Shown here in pieces: positions 27,712 to 44,024 of a DNA stretch of 64,000 nucleotides. Position numbers and translations under genes: made by a program. The notes beneath the pieces were generated by a model that was not told the origin of the DNA, ran no database searches, and saw nothing but the letters and a program-made list of their open reading frames with translations. Each line of letters starts with the position of its first letter. The stretch's first letter is position 1. The DNA comes from the human T2T-CHM13v2.0 reference genome, Homo sapiens: NCBI RefSeq assembly GCF_009914755.1, contig NC_060947.1; one strand, written 5' to 3'.

Positions 27712-27992
27712 TCTACTACAGTTTAATAGTGTTTTCCTAATTTCTCTGATAAGAATCTCCTGGCATGCTTGATTTAAAACAAATTCTGAGAACCCACCCC
27801 ACACCCACTGAATAAGAACCTTCAGGAAGATAGGCTTGGTTATCCATTTTGTCAATAATTCCTTTTAGTGACTCTTACCCAGGAAATGCTGGTTAATAAC
27901 ATGGCCCGGCAAAACAGCTCATCCTATTTGACACCAACTCTGCATCCACCTGATAGATCACCATATCCTTTCAATGCTTCCAAAATAATGGT

Positions 27993-28412
27993 GGATATGG
28001 TTTGGATCTGGGTCCCTGTCCAAACCTCATGTTGAATTGCAATCCCCAATGTTGGAGGTGGGGCCTGGTGGGAGGTGATTGGATTATGGCGGTGGCTTTT
28101 AATGGTTTAGCACCATCTGCCCTAGTGCTATCTTGTGATAGAGTTCTCAAAAGATCTGGCTGTTTAAAAGCGTGTGGCACCTCCCCACTCTCTCTCTCTT
28201 CCTCCTGCTCCTAGACATGTGAAGTGAAGTGCTGGCTCCTCCTTTGCCTTCTGCCATGATTGTAAGTTTCCTGAGGCCTCCTCAGAAGCTGAACAGATGA
28301 CCAGCATCATGCTTCCTGTACAGCCTGCAGAACTGTGAGCAAATTAAACTTCCTTTCTTTATAAATTTCCCAGTCTCAAGTATTTATAGCAGTGTGAGAA
28401 CAGACTAATACA
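27993..28412 (+). mobile_element. MST (ERVL-MaLR) solo LTR
   Basis: gatatggtttggatctg...cagactaataca. Confidence 0.9.
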
Positions 28413-28679
28413 AGGGTATTCAAATGAGAAAAAAATGGAAATTCCACATATGTCCCAACTACTTCCATTTCTACCCAGAATTTCAAAATTACTACTGATT
28501 TATTATTGTTTAGCTATGGTAATAAAACATATTCTCCAGTTCATCACTGTGTTTTTATTGCTTCCTCTTTATCCCATTGGTGAGGGATGGATCCTCACCC
28601 CAGGGTTATGGGGATGGACTCCCTATAGGAGTTCAAAATGTGGATGTTTGCTTTCTTTCAGGTTAGCAAAAATACCTCT

Positions 28680-28879
28680 CTGACACTTCACATTATTTTA
28701 AAGGACTTACCTGGTTATTTCAGGCCCACTCAAAATAATCTCCCTTTTGATTATCTTAAACTCAACTGATCAGTAACTTAATCATAAAAGTGATATCATT
28801 CAAGAGGAGGGACATGTACATTTTCTGAACACCAAGAGGAGGAAATATTTGAGGTCATCTTAGAATTCTGTCTACTACA
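28680..28879 (-). mobile_element. MLT1 LTR fragment
   Basis: Ends ..catcttagaattctgtctactaca, the reverse of an MLT1 5' end. Confidence 0.55.
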
Positions 28880-29077
28880 AATATAATTCATAATAGAATA
28901 TGATAATGGAAATAAAAAACAAGGATCACGGAATGACATTGTCTATCAAAATGAGCACCTATGTGAAAATCTAGGACTCCAGTGTAGAAATGTAATGAGG
29001 CTATTTTATAAGGCTAGAGGAAAGGAGGGACAAATGATATGGTTTTTAAAGTATATACACACTATCCAGATAGATAG

Positions 29078-29419
<342 letters not shown>

Positions 29420-32318
29420 CAGATATACCAATTCTTACATAGCAAGACATTATAGGGATGAGATTGTCAACTATGTACATATTTTATAATTATTTTAGCT
29501 AAAAGTAGAAACAGATACATTCTTGTCTTGATGCTGCTGAAAATTTATTTTTTAAGAAGGAGAGAACAACAAGGGGAAACATTGGTTTGGACTTTAATTT
29601 TACTAACAATGTGGAATTGATTGAGGAAATGATAGTGATGAAAGCATTCAGAGAGGGTGACCCCTTTTCAACTTGAAATAGCCAAAAAAGGAACTGTGAA
29701 CATAGTCAATACACTGCAGGCCTTAAGGGGGAAATGACATTTAAAAAGTTGAGACAAAAATAAAGGTAATACCTAAATACTACATATTCTAAAAGAGAAG
29801 ACATATTGGAAGCTGTAAAGGTAGGAGGGAAATTAGTCAAGAAAGACTCCTCACAAAAAAGGAATTCCTGAGTTGAAACTTGAAGAACCAGACAGAATTA
29901 TACAGGTCCAGAATCAGGGGTGGTAGTGGTGAATGGAGTGAAATAAGAAGAAATGGTTCTGTTTCCAAAAAAGGAAAGTATAAAGTGAAAAGAGAAGAGC
30001 ACCTAAGACAGAATTCTGAGGAACACCAACATGTAAGGATGCTCAGTGGGAAACAAGAGATAGGAAGAGAATTTAGGAATATATAATATAATGGGAGGCA
30101 AAGTAAGGGATCATTTAAAAATGAATGACCTACAGTCTGTTATGTCAAATAAATTGGATTTGTCAACCAGGAGTCACTGGGGACCTCGGTGAGGATACTT
30201 TCCTTGCGGTTGTAGGACAAAAGCCTGATTATTATAGTCTAGCATAAATAGTTTACTGAAAGGAGACAAGGAAGCAAAAATAGAGACAATGGGTGAATAT
30301 AGTCTAGATATCCAGAAAGGCAATAGCAGGTGTCAATAAACTCTGACCTCAGTCTTACATATTTTTGTGTGTTTCATCCTGACTTCATTATATAACCGTC
30401 TTATATCTCAGAAAAAGCATTTATAAGCTGATTTGGCCTCTAAATACTAAATAGTGATAAAATGACCATTAGAGTTGTAGATTTCAGTAATGAGATGAGT
30501 TAGATCATGGTAAAGCCATCTTCAAGGACAAGGTACTTTAACAAGGGAGTAGAGAAGTAATGGTTTCAAAGTGGTAAAGGAGAACTAGTGGTAAAGTATA
30601 CTGCCTTGCACTCTCCTCCCTCATCTCACCCAAGGTGTAATAATAAGTAGCTTTTCCTCCAGGAGACTTCTTGGTAAATCCTGTCCTTGGGAGAGAGCAA
30701 AGGTTTAAGTTAAGTCAGGAAGGTGGATGGAGTGCTTCATGGAGAGTTAGGTTATTTATTATGAAGCAGATTGACAAAGTGAAAAACATTGTAAAGGAGG
30801 AAATGCTGGAAGGATGGAGAGGAGAAATCTACCCTCCATTGACAGGAAGAGAGGAAGGATGAAGTTCAAGGCAATAGAGGGTTGAGGGTTTGAGAAAATG
30901 TACTTGTTGAAAATGTTAGAGACCAATTAAGATTACATGTAAATAGAATGTTGTTGCTAGATTGTTTCAGTATAAATGTGTCCATGAGAAAGATGGAAGG
31001 GGAAAACATGTAGGCATTCCTTAAGTTTTGAATGCTTGACTGTAAAGCTTTCTCCTCATCTTGTCTAGAGTAATATTCACACAATGAAAACAAAACCTCA
31101 TGTTTATGACATTTTGAGGACTGTGACTCATGCGAGTATGTGGATAAAACTGATAGGATAGGCACAAGGTCAATGAAATCACCAAAATAAAATGTGTTGG
31201 GCTGATACACTGCGTGGAAAACCTTTTAACTACGTGGATGCATGATCATATGTAAAAAGTTCAAACACCTCTGCATCAAGCAACGATTTTGGCAAAGGCA
31301 TTCTCTTTTCAAATTGCTTAAGAACAGGCATAGTGAGATATCAGAGGGAGATGTTTTTCTCAAGAAATTTGCTTCAGGAAATGAATAGATAATAACTTCA
31401 GAATTGAGGAAAAGCTGCAATAATGAAACAGGTGAATCCTTTCACACTTATAGCTTACAAGGCTCATCTTCTGATCTTTGACCCATAAGAAATTAGGTGG
31501 TAAAATAAGCATCTTGTGTTCTTTCTCTGAAAATATTCCATATGAAGAATGGTTTACAGAATTTGAGGTGATTCACTAAAGAAAGAGAAAGAACATAATT
31601 GCTCTTTAAAAATACTGTCATGAGGAGAAGAGATTAAGCATATTTCTGTCTTTTTCAAAAACTCAACTAGCCCTAACAAATGGAAGAACAGACAATCTGG
31701 TAGGACAACAATATCTAAAAATTATTACTGTACAATAATTGAATGGATTACTTTTCATGCTTCTCTATGGGTCCCTTATCACTGGAAGGGTTAAGGAGAG
31801 ACTGACTTTCCACCTGCCAGTCGTAGTACAGAGGGAATCTCTGCACTGCTCGTAAACTGTGCTTGGTAACTCTTACAGTCCCTTCCAATTAGTAGATTCT
31901 ATAGTATCCAAATTACCTGTGAATTTGGGCAGGGATATGGGGTGAATCAGAGTGCTTTGGCATTTTGAAAATATTCATACATATATTACTACTATTATTG
32001 TAGCAGTAGTATTTTACTTCTGGCATGATGTAGTAATAGATACACCCCATCTTTAAAACAGCAAAGCACTGCACAAAGTGCTTTTAATTAAAGCCTATAG
32101 CTCCTTGTGTTTTAATGTTGTCTTTTGTACATATTGTGGCACAACTGCCCCTTCTTCAGTGGGGCATAGCCTTGGATTGGTTTCCTTTGTAGTAGAAGCA
32201 ATAGATTTGCTATGAGTTATTCATTCTCTCTGCCTAAGTCGTCTTGTCTTTGTGCCCTCTATACAGTTATGAAACTGACTGGGCTACTGGTCAAGTCTGT
32301 GGCTTTGTAACAAAGTAA

Positions 32319-33486
<1,168 letters not shown>

Positions 33487-33747
33487 ATAAAACTGACAAC
33501 TTTTTCCATGAAGGTACCAACATTTTAAAATTTTTAATTTCATTCTCCAGTCAATTAAACTGGACCACACTATCCAATGCAAACTCTAGTTAATTTTATG
33601 AGTGTATTCTGTATTTGGTTCATGGCATATGTGTGTGTCATTAATTGACTTTAGTTGATACTTTGCAATCATCAAAAACTTTTTATGGGTATTGGCATTT
33701 CCCACAAAAAAGTGGAGTATTAGAATATTATGAATAGTCTGTGTGGA

Positions 33748-33990
33748 GACAGTATAACATGGTGGGTTATATGTATAGGCTCTGTAGGCAGACAGACCTT
33801 GCTTAGGTTTAAATCTCAACTTCATTATTTATTAGCTGTGTGATTTTGGACGAATTATTTAACTGCTCAATGCCTCAGTGTCCTCACTTCTAAAACGGAA
33901 TAAAGTAAAAGGACCTGTCTTAATTTTTGCTATGAGCAATAAATGAGATAATACATGTAAAGCTGAAATTGTAACTATTGTTATTATCAC
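33748..33990 (+). mobile_element. MIR SINE
   Basis: MIR core (attagctgtgtgattttggacgaattatttaactgctcaatgcctcagtgtcctcacttctaaaacgg). Confidence 0.8.
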
Positions 33991-34484
33991 TGAGATTTCA
34001 TAACTATGTAAAACTTAAAATGTATACTATACAATAACATAAAACATTTAATTCAATTTGAAAATAAATATAGGAATGGTCTTTAAGAAGCATGTTTTAA
34101 AATGTGTTATTCTATTTCATTCATAAAAAAATATTCATACTGTTCTCCCAAAGAAAGCAATGAATGGATACAGCAATTGTGCATTTTAGTCTAGGTATAG
34201 CTAAAACTGTCCTGGAGGTAATGTAATATAAAATATCATCTGTTGCATCCTCTAAATCATAAGGAGTTTATTAAAACTAATGAACTGAGTTTGTGAAACA
34301 AAGTTTAAATGTTAGAAAATGTATGACTGTAGAATTTCTAGTTGAAAAGCGGTGCACAATAAAAACATTTTCCTACTAAAGAAAAACCAAATTTTGATTT
34401 GCTGTTAGCTACCCAAGCTGTGATTTCTATAATTAGCATAATCTTTCATAAGATACTGAAGATAAAAATTTGTATGATTCCTCA

Positions 34485-34871
<387 letters not shown>

Positions 34872-35374
34872 TTATCATTGAGAAACCTAATTTGGAAGAG
34901 GTATAAATTGAGTGATGTCTAACCAGGTCACATTAAAGCTGTGTGATTTGGTTCAACATTATTAGTGTAATTTCTCTCTTACCCCAACCTTTAAAATTTA
35001 AAAAGAAAACATACACAATGGGCTGTGTATTGTTACTCACAAAATCTGCAGTGGGATGACACAGAATGAAACCATTTTTATTTCATTTTGAAACATCTTG
35101 CACATTATTTTTTCATCAATTAGGTGTGGAAGAAATAGTCCTTCTTAAAAATGATTTGTGTTTTCCTTTTAAAGGTTACATGGTAGAAAAATGACAAAGC
35201 TTACAGAATGGAACACTTATTTAAACTGGAACAGAAATCTTATGAATTTTGAAAACTGAAGTGCAATTAAGAAACCTATGTATACATTAGAATTATTTCC
35301 TGAGCTTCTATACTTCTAAAATTCTATCAGCTGCTGAGATCCAAACACCTTACATGTTTTCTGTATGCAAGGTT

Positions 35375-35625
35375 GACTTTCTCATTAGACACATGCCTAG
35401 GGCCCATAATACTTTTAGGGGTTCACAAAAGTATTATTTTAATTTCTTTTAAAAGGAGAAGAAAAATTAATATAATAGTAATGTATATACATTTATGATA
35501 ACAATAAATATATAAGTATTCATCTTTATATCAATGCAGTCATAACAAATATTTTTAAATTTATTTTTATGGAGGATAGGGCCACAAAAGCTAAAGTGTG
35601 TATGGCCCATGGAAGCCATAATGTC
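35375..35625 (-). mobile_element. MER96B-like hAT relic
   Basis: tgcctagggcccataatacttttagggg...tttatggaggatagggccacaaaagctaaagtg. Confidence 0.65.
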
Positions 35626-35647
35626 TTAGTATGTAGTTTAGGAGGGC

Positions 35648-36130
35648 ATGGTAGACTGAATAATGGAGTCAAAAGATAACTATGTCCCAATCCCTGGAAC
35701 ATGTGAATTTTACCTTATGTGGCAAAAAAAAAAAAAAGACTTTGCAAATGTGCTTTAAAATATTGAGATAGGGAGACTATCCTGGATTATCTCAGTAGGA
35801 CCTAATTGTAATCACATGTACCCTTATAAGAGGGAGACAGAGGAAAACGTAACATGCGGAAGAGAAGAAAGCAATGTGACTGTGGAGGCAGAGATTGGAG
35901 TGGTGTGGCCATAAACTAAGGAATGCTGGAAGCCACTAGAAAATAGAAAAGGCAAAAAACGTGTTTTCTTCAAGATCCTCTGAAAGAAGCTGGACCTGCC
36001 AACACCTTCATTTCAGCCCAGTGAAACTATTTTTAGAATTCTGGCCTCCAGAACTGTAAGAGAATAAACGTGTTGTTTTAAGCCACCAAGTTTGTAGTAA
36101 TTTGTTACAACAAAGATAGGAAATGAATAG
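35648..36130 (+). mobile_element. MLT1 (MLT1D-like) solo LTR
   Basis: tggtagactgaataatgg...ggcctccagaactgtaagagaataaacg..aagccaccaagtttgtagtaatttgttaca. Confidence 0.85.
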
Positions 36131-36942
36131 AAAGGGTGTTCAACTTTAGTTTTAATTTGTTCATTCCTTAAATACAACTCTCCATTTGTACTTAAAAGGA
36201 AAAAAATGAATGATATGTCAAGGTAATGAACATTGATGAAATAATGAGCCATTTATAATATTTAAAGAAAGAAAAATGTCAAGTTATGCTTCAAATGAAT
36301 AGGAACTGTAGTTAAATGAGTAGCATTCCTATTTTGTTCATGCTAATTAACCAATGATAAAATTTTAAGTATGCTTTATATCAACATATATTATACCTGC
36401 AACATATAGCCTAAACCACTTTTTAAAAAAGACTTTAATGAATTAACCTCAGAAATCAACCATAATCATGAACACTAAACCTTTACCTCATTACCCCTTT
36501 CCCTATTAGAAAAAAATACATTTCTTTTTATCATAAGAGGAATGGAAGGGTACAAATTTTCTGAGCTGCTGAACCTTGTGATTGAAATTAAGCTTTATGA
36601 CACTGCTTACAGAAATAAGAAGGGCAAATGTCATTACTCTTTCAAAAGCAAAGGCAAGGAATGGATTGTTAAATGAGCAGAGTTAAGTGGTCTTCTGAAA
36701 AGGGCATCTACTAAAAGTGATATGTCAAAGAAGTAGTCTTAATGTGTTGCTACAGATCGGTTACTGTAAGCTCTGCATTCAAAAATATCCTTGTTTTAAC
36801 ATTTAATATGTTTGAATCTCAATGGTTTTCAGTGGGATTGATCTGTTTAAAGGCTGAATGACTTGGAAAATAGCTGTCCCTTTGCTCCTCTTTAAATAAA
36901 AGAGATGTGTATTTCAGAGTTTATCAAGAAGTGGGGAAGTAG

Positions 36943-37103
36943 TGCTGTAGTGTTAAACTATATATATACAATATACATTGTAAATATATAATATATACAC
37001 ACAATATACATTGTATATATAATATATATACACAATATACATTGCGTGTGTGTGTATATATATATAAAAAAATATAAAATATATATATATAAAATATATA
37101 TAT

Positions 37104-37168
<65 letters not shown>

Positions 37169-37962
37169 TGTAACAAGGGCATCCACAGTTCCTGGCTGAT
37201 AACTCCCATAGCCCTTGTTACAGTCTGTTGTTACGGTGTTGGGAGTGTTAAGCCTTAGGGACACGCCTCAGGGAACAAAATCTGACCTTCTCTTGCCTTC
37301 CTTTTACCTGTACCAAGACAGGACTCTAATCTTCTACCTTTCTAATTCTGGGTCATAAATCCCTCATTCCAGAGGGTCTCACCCCATACCCTGGGGAAAT
37401 AAATGCTGGTGTCATGAAGCTTTCATAAAAACCCAAGAAAACAGCATCCAGGGAGCTTCCGAATAGCTGAACATGTGAAGAATCCTGAAAGGTGGCACAC
37501 CCAGGGAGGGCGTGGGAGCTCTACACCCCTTCCCCTGTACCTCACCCTATGCATCTTTTCATCTGTATTGTTTGTAATATCCTTTATAATACACTGATAT
37601 ACGTGTTTCCCTGAGTTCTGTGAGCCACTCCAGCAAATTAATGGAACCCAAAGAGGGGGTTGTGGGAACCCATACTTTAAGCCCATTGACCAGAAGTTCT
37701 GGAGGCCTGGACTTGCCAATGGTGTCTGAGGGTGGGAGAAATCTTGGGAACTGAGCCCTCAACCTATGTTATCTGACCTATCTCCAGGTAAGATAGTGTC
37801 AGGATTGAATTGGAAGATACCCAGCTGGTGTCTGCTGCTTGGTATGTGGGGAAACTACACACACACTTATTTGGTCACAGAAATCTTCTTTGGTGTTGAT
37901 GATTGTTGTTGTGATGTGTGAGAATGGTGGGAAAACATGGTTTGAGAGTTTTTCATAAAACA
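36943..37962 (+). mobile_element. MER21A-like solo LTR carrying an expanded (TA)n tract
   Basis: TGCTGTAGTGTTAAACTATATA start, then cctggctgataactcccatagcccttgttacagtc..., ending ..tttttcataaaaca. Confidence 0.7.
36958..37167. repeat. ~210-bp TA-rich tract ending in a perfect (TA)~30
   Basis: Seen directly. Confidence 0.95.
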
Positions 37963-38738
37963 AGTACCCTTATTTTCTCTAACATAATCTAGTCAATTTT
38001 CCTTTCTAAGTTTATAGAACCCAGTAAACCATATGGATATGAACATTTTCTAGTTACTTATTCAAAAAGTAATTCATTACAGAATACTTTTAAAATCACA
38101 ATACTTTTTTATAGATATTTTCCTCAATTTCTTCCTATTCATGAAAACGAAGTATGTCCCAGTGTGACTTAAATTATTTTACAACCAGCTTTTCCTATAA
38201 TATATATGTCAACAGAAATAGTCATTGCTGTGTCTTCTAGATAATATCTTATACTTAGAGAAATCATCTCTAATTAACCTGTAACCCTGAGGGCAAAGAC
38301 AACAACACCAATCTTGCTTACCACTGCATTTCTAGTGCCTAACACAGTGTCTGGCTCTCAATATTTTTTGAATGCATGAATAGATGAATAAATGAATGAA
38401 TAAATAAATTAATTAAACCACTATACCATACTAGAAACTTGTGGACATTATAGTGAAAAGATGTGACAGGTAGAGAACTACACATCAGCCTCCAAAAAGC
38501 TGTTCTCAGGAAGGGAGTCTGGATCCTGCAAGGCATAAGAGGGCATTGAGAGTCTGGAATGGTGAATTCTGAAAAAAAAACAAACAAGGAGGAGCCAAAG
38601 GAAACCTCACTGGCCTCAAAATTGTACCTGAGGTCAATCTTGTCCATTTATGACCATTTATCAGAGGTGAGAATGTTGCTTTAGTTTCCCCGTCTAAGCA
38701 CCCTTTTTTGTTTGTTTTCAGAGATGTTCGATTTGTTT

Positions 38739-38742
<4 letters not shown>

Positions 38743-38797
<55 letters not shown>
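38743..38797. repeat. Perfect (TA)~27 microsatellite
   Basis: Seen directly. Confidence 0.95.
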
Positions 38798-38799
<2 letters not shown>

Positions 38800-38838
38800 T
38801 GTTCACATAGGCAATATCTTTACCCTGTTAAAAGTGAT

Positions 38839-39241
38839 TGTGTTAGTCTGTTTGCATTGCTATGAAGGAATACTTGAGACTGGGTAATATGTAATGAATA
38901 GAGGTTTATTTGGCTCATGGGTCCTTAGGCTCTACACAAAACATAGTGCCAGCATCTGCTCCTGGTGAGGGCCTCAGGAAACTTACAGTCATGGTGGAAG
39001 GCAAAGAAGAGCCAGCGTGTCACATGGTGAGAGAGGGAGCAAGAGAGAGGAAAGAGGTGCCACACGTTTTTAAACAGCCAGTCTCAATGAGAACTCAGTC
39101 ATTACCATGGGGATGGTGCTAAGCCATTCATGAGGGATCCGGCCCCATGACCCAAACACCTCCCACCAGGCTCTACCTCCAACTTTGTGGATCACATTTT
39201 AACATGAAATTTGGAGGGGACAAAACATCCAAATTGCATCC
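38839..39241 (-). mobile_element. MST solo LTR
   Basis: tgtgttagtctgtttgcattgctatgaagg...acatccaaattgcatc. Confidence 0.85.
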
Positions 39242-39430
39242 GTGGTACTAAGTGGAAAAAAAAAAGCATGTAGTCATGAGGCCAAAAGACTTGTAAATCA
39301 AGGGGACTTCTTCTGACAAAATTGAGGGACAGGTTTCATACTAGCACTATACCTCCAGCTTTCCATGAGTATCATGTATCACTATCACTTAGTTCCTACA
39401 GCCTCTTCTACTGGATTTAAGGTATTTTAA

Positions 39431-39685
<255 letters not shown>

Positions 39686-39797
39686 GGATATGCCTTATTT
39701 ACTTTTACATCCCCTATACCTACCACAGAACCTGGTAGATACTAGGTGCACAATAAATATTTGATGAATCAAAGCAAATATAAAAATTAATGATACA

Positions 39798-40085
39798 GGC
39801 CAGGCACGGTGGCTCACGCCTGTAATCCCAGCACTTTGGGAGGCCGAGGCGGGCAGATCACCTGAGGTCAGGAGTTTGAGACCAGCCTGGCCAACATGGT
39901 GAAACCCCATCTCTACTAAAAATACAAAAATTAGCCAGGTGTGGTGGTGCATGTCTGTAATCCCAGCTACTCAGGAGGCTCTGGCAGGGAATCGTTTGAG
40001 CCCAGGAGGCGGAGGTTGCAGTGAGCCAAAATCATGCCACTGCCCTCCAGCCTAGATGACAGAGTGAGACTGTCTCAAAAATAAA
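39798..40085 (+). mobile_element. AluSx-like SINE
   Basis: TSD AAAAATT(A/G)ATGATAC at 39782-39796 and 40083-40097. Confidence 0.93.
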
Positions 40086-41858
40086 AATTGATGATACTCA
40101 GTAAAATTTTTTAAAAACATGCAAAGCAGCTTGAGTTAGCTCTTTCTTGATATCTCCTGATTTTGGTGGGGGCGATGTTATGTCTGTGATTATAAAAGAA
40201 CCCTATTGTGAGACCATTTCATTTATAATACATTGGGGTCCCGTGCCATAAGCCCCAAAGACATCTTAGTAAGGTGTTGGTCTCTGGGTGGCCATGTATG
40301 CTTGTTTGAATGCATTCATTGCCTATGCTTTCAGGCAACATATGCTACTTGCTAGAGAGCTTCCTTACTGTGCTTGTTTATGAATCAATCACTTTGCTCA
40401 CTTAGTAGAACTTATTATTCTTAATGTGTACTTTGATTCTTTATGCCTTTATCTTTGTTTTGAATTTCTGGGGAGTTTCCTTCTTTGGGAAACATCAGCT
40501 TTCCAATGGAAGCCATTTCTATTCTGCCTAGGGTATTCTATTTCATCTTGTTCAAGTGTTGCTTTTGTTCAAACAGTCTTTTTGACTTGGAGATTTTTTA
40601 AATCAAGTTTTTGCTCATTTTTTTTTATCCCTTGCAGGGGGTATGGATTAATTTACTTCCTTCCTGTCTTCCTCCTAGTAATTTTGAGTTAATCTTGGTC
40701 ACACATGCTAAGCTTGTGTCTCACTGGTGCTTTTCCAAATTCCCTGCTTTGATTAGTCTACGGAATGAAGATTTTTGGTAACAAGGAGGAGGATAAGCAT
40801 TCATGTAGCCTTGAATTTTTGAAGCAGTCACTGTTTTACTCTATAGTTAGCTGAATATAATGGAAACAAAAGTATTAGTAAGACCAAATATTTCAGATAA
40901 TTGAGACGAGTCCGAATAATGCATGCACATTATCATCAGATCTTGGCGTTTATCTCTACTGTTTTTCCATGCAAATCTGCACTCTTTGCCCAGTGAAGAA
41001 CTGGGACCTGTGACTGTCTTCATGACTACTCCCAACATCACTGATTAACTGAAAATCTGGACTTTTTTGCAGTAGGCTCTAAATTGTATGGCCGGTCTGG
41101 TGTCTCAGTATTACAACATCAAAACTCTATTGCTTAATAAAATGAGAAATTGTGTTTATTGTTCTGCTTTATCTTTTAAGATTATTTATTAGATGTTTTT
41201 GTTTGTTTTTGATGCTATCCACTTTGTCTCACTTAAAAGAGTTGCATTCGAGTATGCCACTTTGAAATCAGTTAGATCCTTCCGAAATGAATTGGGAACT
41301 TCCTTAAAGAGGGAAATGGGAAAGAGAAGGACCTTTATTGAGGGTCTATTCTGTGCCAGGCTTTATACTAAGGACTTTCCCCACATAGTTAATTTTATTC
41401 CCACAAGAACACTAAGCATGGTATCTGTCCAGCCTGACCTATTCATGGGATTTTGGTTCTTGCACCAGAGCACTTGTTAATGTTTGTTGCGTGTTGGCTT
41501 CCAGGGCCTCACTTTCTGCTCTTCTCTGAGGCAATCTTACAGGTGTCTCCTCTCTAGTTTATTATTCTTCCCACCTCCAGAGGTTTCCATACAAAAGCAG
41601 CTGTCCCTGTTTTTTTGACACCATGATAGACCTAATGAATCAGAATCTTCATGGGCAGGTCCCAGGCTTGTCAGATATTTTGCAATAGCTTCCTCTCGTA
41701 ATTTTGATGTATATTCCCGGTTAAGACCATAGAAAGAGCTTAACTCTTTCATTTTGTAGATTAGGAAAAGGGCTAAAATGAATTAAATGATTTGTATAAA
41801 ATAAATCAGCTCGTCAGTGGAAGTTACAATTTAAATGTTGATTTCCTGCCTCCCAGTC

Positions 41859-42242
41859 TGATATAGTTTGGGTCTGTGTCTCCAGCCAACTCTCATGTTG
41901 ACTCGTAATTCCCAAGGTTGGAGGTGGGACCTGGTGGGAGGTGATGGATCATGGGGGCAAATTTCTCATGAATGGTTTAATACCATCCCCTTGATACTAT
42001 CTTCATGATAGTGAGTGAGTTCTTGTGAGATCTGGTTGTTTAAAAGTGTGTGACACCTCCCCCTTGGCTCTCTTGTTCCTGCTCCTGCCATGTGACATGC
42101 CTGGTCCTCCTTCATCTTCCACCATGACTGTAAGTTTTCTGAGACCTCCACAGAAGCCAAGCAGATGCCAGCATCATGCTTCCTATACAGCCTGCAGAAC
42201 CATGAGCCAATTAAACCTCTTTTCTTTATATTTATCTTCAGG
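41859..42242 (+). mobile_element. MST solo LTR, 3' end eroded
   Basis: tgatatagtttgggtctgtgtc...gagccaattaaacctcttttctttata. Confidence 0.85.
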
Positions 42243-42514
42243 AATCACCTGAAAAACTTGTAAAACTACAGCTTCTAATTCTGTAGATTTGGAATGAGAT
42301 CTTGAGAGTCTGCGTTTATCTTTTTTTCTCTCTTTCCTTTTCTTGCTCTAGGGAAAGAGAGTTTTCATTTCTAACAAACTCCTAGGTTATGCTAATTCTT
42401 CTGGTTCATGAATTAGAATTGAGTAACTAGTTATTAAAGTCTTCTCCAAAGCTTGGCTTAAGCAGAACAAACTTCTGACATGAAATTGTAAACATGCTGC
42501 ATTGTTAATGATAA

Positions 42515-43010
42515 TAATAATAATTGCTAACATTTATTGAGAAATGTAAGTTATTTTATACACATTATACAAATGAATCCTCTTAAACATCCTATGAGGT
42601 CGGTACTAAATTGTCTATTAGTTTACAAATGAGGACACCGAAGCTCAGATATTTAAGTAATTTTCTCAAGACTACACACTATTGAATGACGGACTGATGA
42701 GGCACACTGTGTCTTTTCAGATTTCATCGCTTAACCACAAAGGCTTTTTCTTTTCTCTGGAAAGTGCCAATATTTAGAGAGGTAAAGGAAAGCAGGAAGA
42801 GGTGAGAGGAGATAGAGAAGGGAACTAGGTTTTATTAAGAAGCTGGTGTGTGCCAGAGATTATGCTAGTTCATTTTTCATCTCTCATTTACTCATCAAAA
42901 CTGTGATGGAAGTTGGGCATTATCATCTTCCTCTTAATGATGAGGACATCAAGAATCACAGGTGTTAAGTCATTTCTCCAAGAACATATACTCACACAGT
43001 TAGTAAATGG
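42515..43010 (-). mobile_element. Two MIR relics
   Basis: Reverse MIR cores (tttacaaatgaggacaccgaagctcag; ttaatgatgaggacatcaagaatcacaggtgttaagtca). Confidence 0.65.
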
Positions 43011-43229
43011 TAGAGTTGACGATTGAACACAAAATTTATGTTAAATCCATTAAATGATCCTCATTCTTATTGGAATCAGTTGAGTAAAAGTTGGATTTAC
43101 AACTTTTAGAAGGTAAATGGGGAATTCTTAACTAAGGTCCAAAAGATCCCTATGGTGTCCTTGATTTCCTTTCTATTCTTTGGAAAAAATATTATTAAGG
43201 CATTGCCGCATTCTAAAAGAGTCTAGAAT

Positions 43230-43655
43230 GGTGTAGTAGATACTATTACTACTCACCAATATCCAGTTCACTTCTCCTCTGGGTAACTCTAAGACTACAC
43301 TTTCCAGCTCCATAACATATACATGGGGCCATATCCTATTTATAGTCAATGGGCTGAGCAGACATGGTATGTATTACTTCTGGCCTGAAACACTTAAGAT
43401 GCAGTGCTCAATTCTTTAGCTCTAACTTCTCTTCCTTAGCAATTGTGGAACCTTGTATTAAGATAGTTGAGTCAATTATTGCAGGAGTATAGTCTAATTA
43501 TTACAGAAATCACCACAACGTGAAGGGAAACTCCCTTGGAGAGTTGCCCTGACACATATTGATTCTTGTGAGAGTGAGAAACTTCTGTCATATTGAGCTA
43601 CTAAGATATAGCTGTTTGTTACTGCAATGTCAGTGTAGCCTAGTCTGCCTAGTAC
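43230..43655 (+). mobile_element. Old MLT1 (J/K-like) LTR
   Basis: tgtagtagatactatt..agactacactttccagctcc..gagtgagaaacttctgtcatattgagctactaagat..cctagtaca. Confidence 0.6.
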
Positions 43656-44024
43656 AGATGACAAGGCATTGCTAGATAAGCACCATCAGTATATAATCCT
43701 CATTATTGCTGCATTTTGACATCTGGAATTATTTTCCTTCCTAAGAATAAAAGAAATTGTATTCAGCTATTATAATCATATGTGATTGCTTTTGATTACA
43801 ATGAATCTACCTTAAGTTTAAAAACTTTAAAAGAAAAAAAAACATAATATGTAAGTATCCACTGATTTCCCTTCATTACTGGACATGACAGAATGCAAAA
43901 CCTGTGACACTTCTAATGTGACACGGTTCTAGCCAATGGAAGATGAAGGAACATGTCTGTACATTTCAAAAATTACTTTATTTTTAATGAAACTATTTAC
44001 AGAAAAGATTACTCATCCCTCACT

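Noticed and set aside
36953-37264. YIYIYI-rich ORFs
   Set aside because: Translation of the (TA)n microsatellite.
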